Of a DNA stretch of 64,000 bases, positions 62,286-64,000 are shown piece after piece; position 1 is the stretch's first letter, and each line of letters opens with the position of its first letter. The stretch is taken from NCBI GenBank assembly GCA_035500675.1, contig DATJXA010000106.1, forward strand, positions 213 to 64,212, written 5' to 3'. Both the position numbers and the translations under genes were made by a program. Below the pieces are notes generated by a model. The model was not told where the DNA came from. It did not search any database and saw nothing but the letters and a program-made list of their open reading frames with translations. The DNA is from Bacteroidota bacterium (lineage in GTDB: Bacteria; Bacteroidota; Ignavibacteria; UBA10030; UBA8401).

Positions 62286-64000
62286 CTACCTTCCCCCGAA
62301 CACAAACTTCAACGCATCCTCGATCTTTTCAATGGGCACGATCGTCAGGCCATCTTTTACTTTTTCCTGAATTTCGACCAGATCCTTCTCGTTTTCCTTT
62401 GGGATGAGGACCGTTTTTATGCCGCTCCGTTTCGCGGCGAGAAGTTTTTCGTTGAGCCCGCCGATCGCCAACACATTGCCGCGGAGCGTGATCTCGCCGG
62501 TCATTGCGATGTCGCTCCGTGCTGCCTTCCCGCTGATCGCCGAAACCATCGCCATCGCCATGGAAATGCCGGCAGACGGACCGTCTTTCGGTATCGCTCC
62601 TTCCGGCAGATGAATGTGAATTTCTTTTTTCGAGAAAAAATCCGGATTGAGCTTTAATTTTTTTGCGTTTGAACGGATGTAACTCAGCGCCGCGTGCGCC
62701 GATTCTTTCATCACATCGCCAAGCTGTCCGGTGAGCGTTAACCGTTCCGGCCCCCGCATCATCGTCACATCGACCTGAAGAATTTCTCCGCCGACGCTCG
62801 TCCATGCCAGGCCGGTGACGGAACCGACGCGCGGTTTTCGTTCGGCTGCACGCGACCGGAATTTCGGGACGCCGAGATATTTTTCGATCCGTGCGGCATC
62901 GACGACGATCGGCGCATGCGTTTTCTTTTTCACGGAGCCGTTTTTGTGTCCGTTCGTCTGTTTGCCGAGAACGATCTCCTTCGCCGACTTTCTGCATACC
63001 GAAGCGATCTCGCGTTCGAGGTTTCGAACGCCGGCTTCGCGCGTGTACTCTTGAATGATCTTGTTGATCGCCTCGTCTCTGATCGTGATGTCCTTCCCTT
63101 TCAAACCGTGCTCGGCCATTTGCTTGGGGATGATGTGACGCTTTGCGATTTCCCGCTTCTCGAAATCGAGGTAACTCGACAGCTCGATGATTTCCATCCT
63201 GTCCTGAAGCGGAAGCGGAATGGTGTGACGCACGTTCGCCGTCGTAATGAACATCACGTGTGAGAGGTCGTAATCGACGTCGAGGTAATGATCGTTGAAC
63301 GTATTGTTCTGCTCGGGGTCGAGCACTTCGAGAAGCGCCGATGCCGGGTCGCCGTGAAAATCCATGCTCATCTTGTCAACTTCATCCATTAATAAGAGCG
63401 GGTTCGTCACCCCGGCGCGTTTCATCGACTGGATGATCTTGCCCGGCATCGAGCCGATGTACGTTCTCCGGTGGCCCCGGATCTCCGCTTCGTCACGGAT
63501 GCCGCCGAGCGAGATGCGGACGAATTTTCTTCCGAGCGCGCGTGCGATCGATTTTGCGAGAGAGGTCTTGCCAACTCCGGGAGGACCGACAAAACAGAGG
63601 ATCTGTCCCTTCATTTCTTTCACCATGTTGAGGACGGCGATATGCTCGAGAATTCGCTCTTTGGGTTTTTCAAGCCCGAAGTGGTCTTCGTCGAGGATCC
63701 CTTTCACATGCTCGACTTTGAGGTTGTCCTTCGTCTTGCGATGCCAGGGAACGCCTGTCAGCCAATCGAGATAATTCCGTGTCACGGTGAATTCTGGAGA
63801 CATTGCCGGAGTTTTCTTGAGTTTGTTGAACTCCTCCATCGCCTTGGCAAAGATTTCCTTCGGCATCTTTGCTTTTTCGATATCCTTCTTGATCTTCGCC
63901 AGCTCCGGAGAGGACTCGTCGTCGCCGAGCTCGTCCTGAAGAATTTTGATCTGTTCCTGGATGAAGAACTTGCGCTGCGACTTTTGGATATTGTCGTGGA
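62286..64000 (-). CDS. lon: ATP-dependent Lon protease (C-terminal ~570 aa; N-terminus beyond the window end)
   Basis: GPPGVGKTS Walker A and protease Ser motif PKDGPSAGI. The reading frame stays open upstream of the ORF-track Met to base 64000 (...[41 protein letters not shown]). Confidence 0.95.
   Translation of the reverse strand, partial: HDNIQKSQRKFFIQEQIKILQDELGDDESSPELAKIKKDIEKAKMPKEIFAKAMEEFNKLKKTPAMSPEFTVTRNYLDWLTGVPWHRKTKDNLKVEHVKGILDEDHFGLEKPKERILEHIAVLNMVKEMKGQILCFVGPPGVGKTSLAKSIARALGRKFVRISLGGIRDEAEIRGHRRTYIGSMPGKIIQSMKRAGVTNPLLLMDEVDKMSMDFHGDPASALLEVLDPEQNNTFNDHYLDVDYDLSHVMFITTANVRHTIPLPLQDRMEIIELSSYLDFEKREIAKRHIIPKQMAEHGLKGKDITIRDEAINKIIQEYTREAGVRNLEREIASVCRKSAKEIVLGKQTNGHKNGSVKKKTHAPIVVDAARIEKYLGVPKFRSRAAERKPRVGSVTGLAWTSVGGEILQVDVTMMRGPERLTLTGQLGDVMKESAHAALSYIRSNAKKLKLNPDFFSKKEIHIHLPEGAIPKDGPSAGISMAMAMVSAISGKAARSDIAMTGEITLRGNVLAIGGLNEKLLAAKRSGIKTVLIPKENEKDLVEIQEKVKDGLTIVPIEKIEDALKFVFGGR

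Overview
This is 64 kb of compact bacterial chromosome, roughly 92 percent coding by my count. All 48 protein-coding genes I can support lie on the minus strand. I recognised no rRNA, tRNA, CRISPR array, transposase, integrase or phage gene.

Gene content in minus-strand transcription order (high to low coordinates):
- lon (5' end outside the window), dnaX, a secreted 421-aa protein, mfd and a HAD hydrolase.
- A complete dcw cell-wall/division cluster: mraZ-rsmH-ftsL-ftsI-murE-murF-mraY-murD-ftsW-murG-(168-aa membrane protein)-murC-murB-ftsQ-ftsA-ftsZ.
- A DUF4159-like/DUF4175-like pair, a fatty-acid desaturase and a polytopic TPR membrane protein.
- Small accessory enzymes: beta-carbonic-anhydrase-like, YdeI-like, alpha/beta hydrolase and methyltransferase.
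- A tricorn-type protease, then TauE/SafE plus a binding-protein-less NitT/TauT-type ABC pair.
- ettA, a small membrane protein, mgsA, an unusually short rho, argF, a lipoprotein with a Gly/Arg-rich tail and a GT4 glycosyltransferase.
- An OmpR/HK two-component pair followed by a beta-propeller-TolC-MFP-RND efflux operon.
- A small membrane-anchored protein and a GT9 glycosyltransferase (3' end outside the window).

AAGGAG-type Shine-Dalgarno sequences precede many starts. The gene content suggests a diderm, possibly an FCB-group (Ignavibacteria/Chlorobi-like) organism, but that placement is inference only.

I do not see a defence island or an obviously novel multi-gene protein system. The most unusual signal is non-coding. 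About half of the longer intergenic spacers, including several inside the dcw operon, are built from modular short-word repeat cassettes. These are 6-8 nt units and 17-24 bp inverted repeats, and their word families recur at distant loci with 11-18 nt exact matches.

Other points worth a second look:
- an A10 slippery run in dnaX with an immediate -1 frame stop;
- a Rho lacking the N-terminal helix bundle;
- MraZ operator repeats at a sigma70-like dcw promoter;
- PASTA domains on FtsI;
- several uncharacterised gene pairs.
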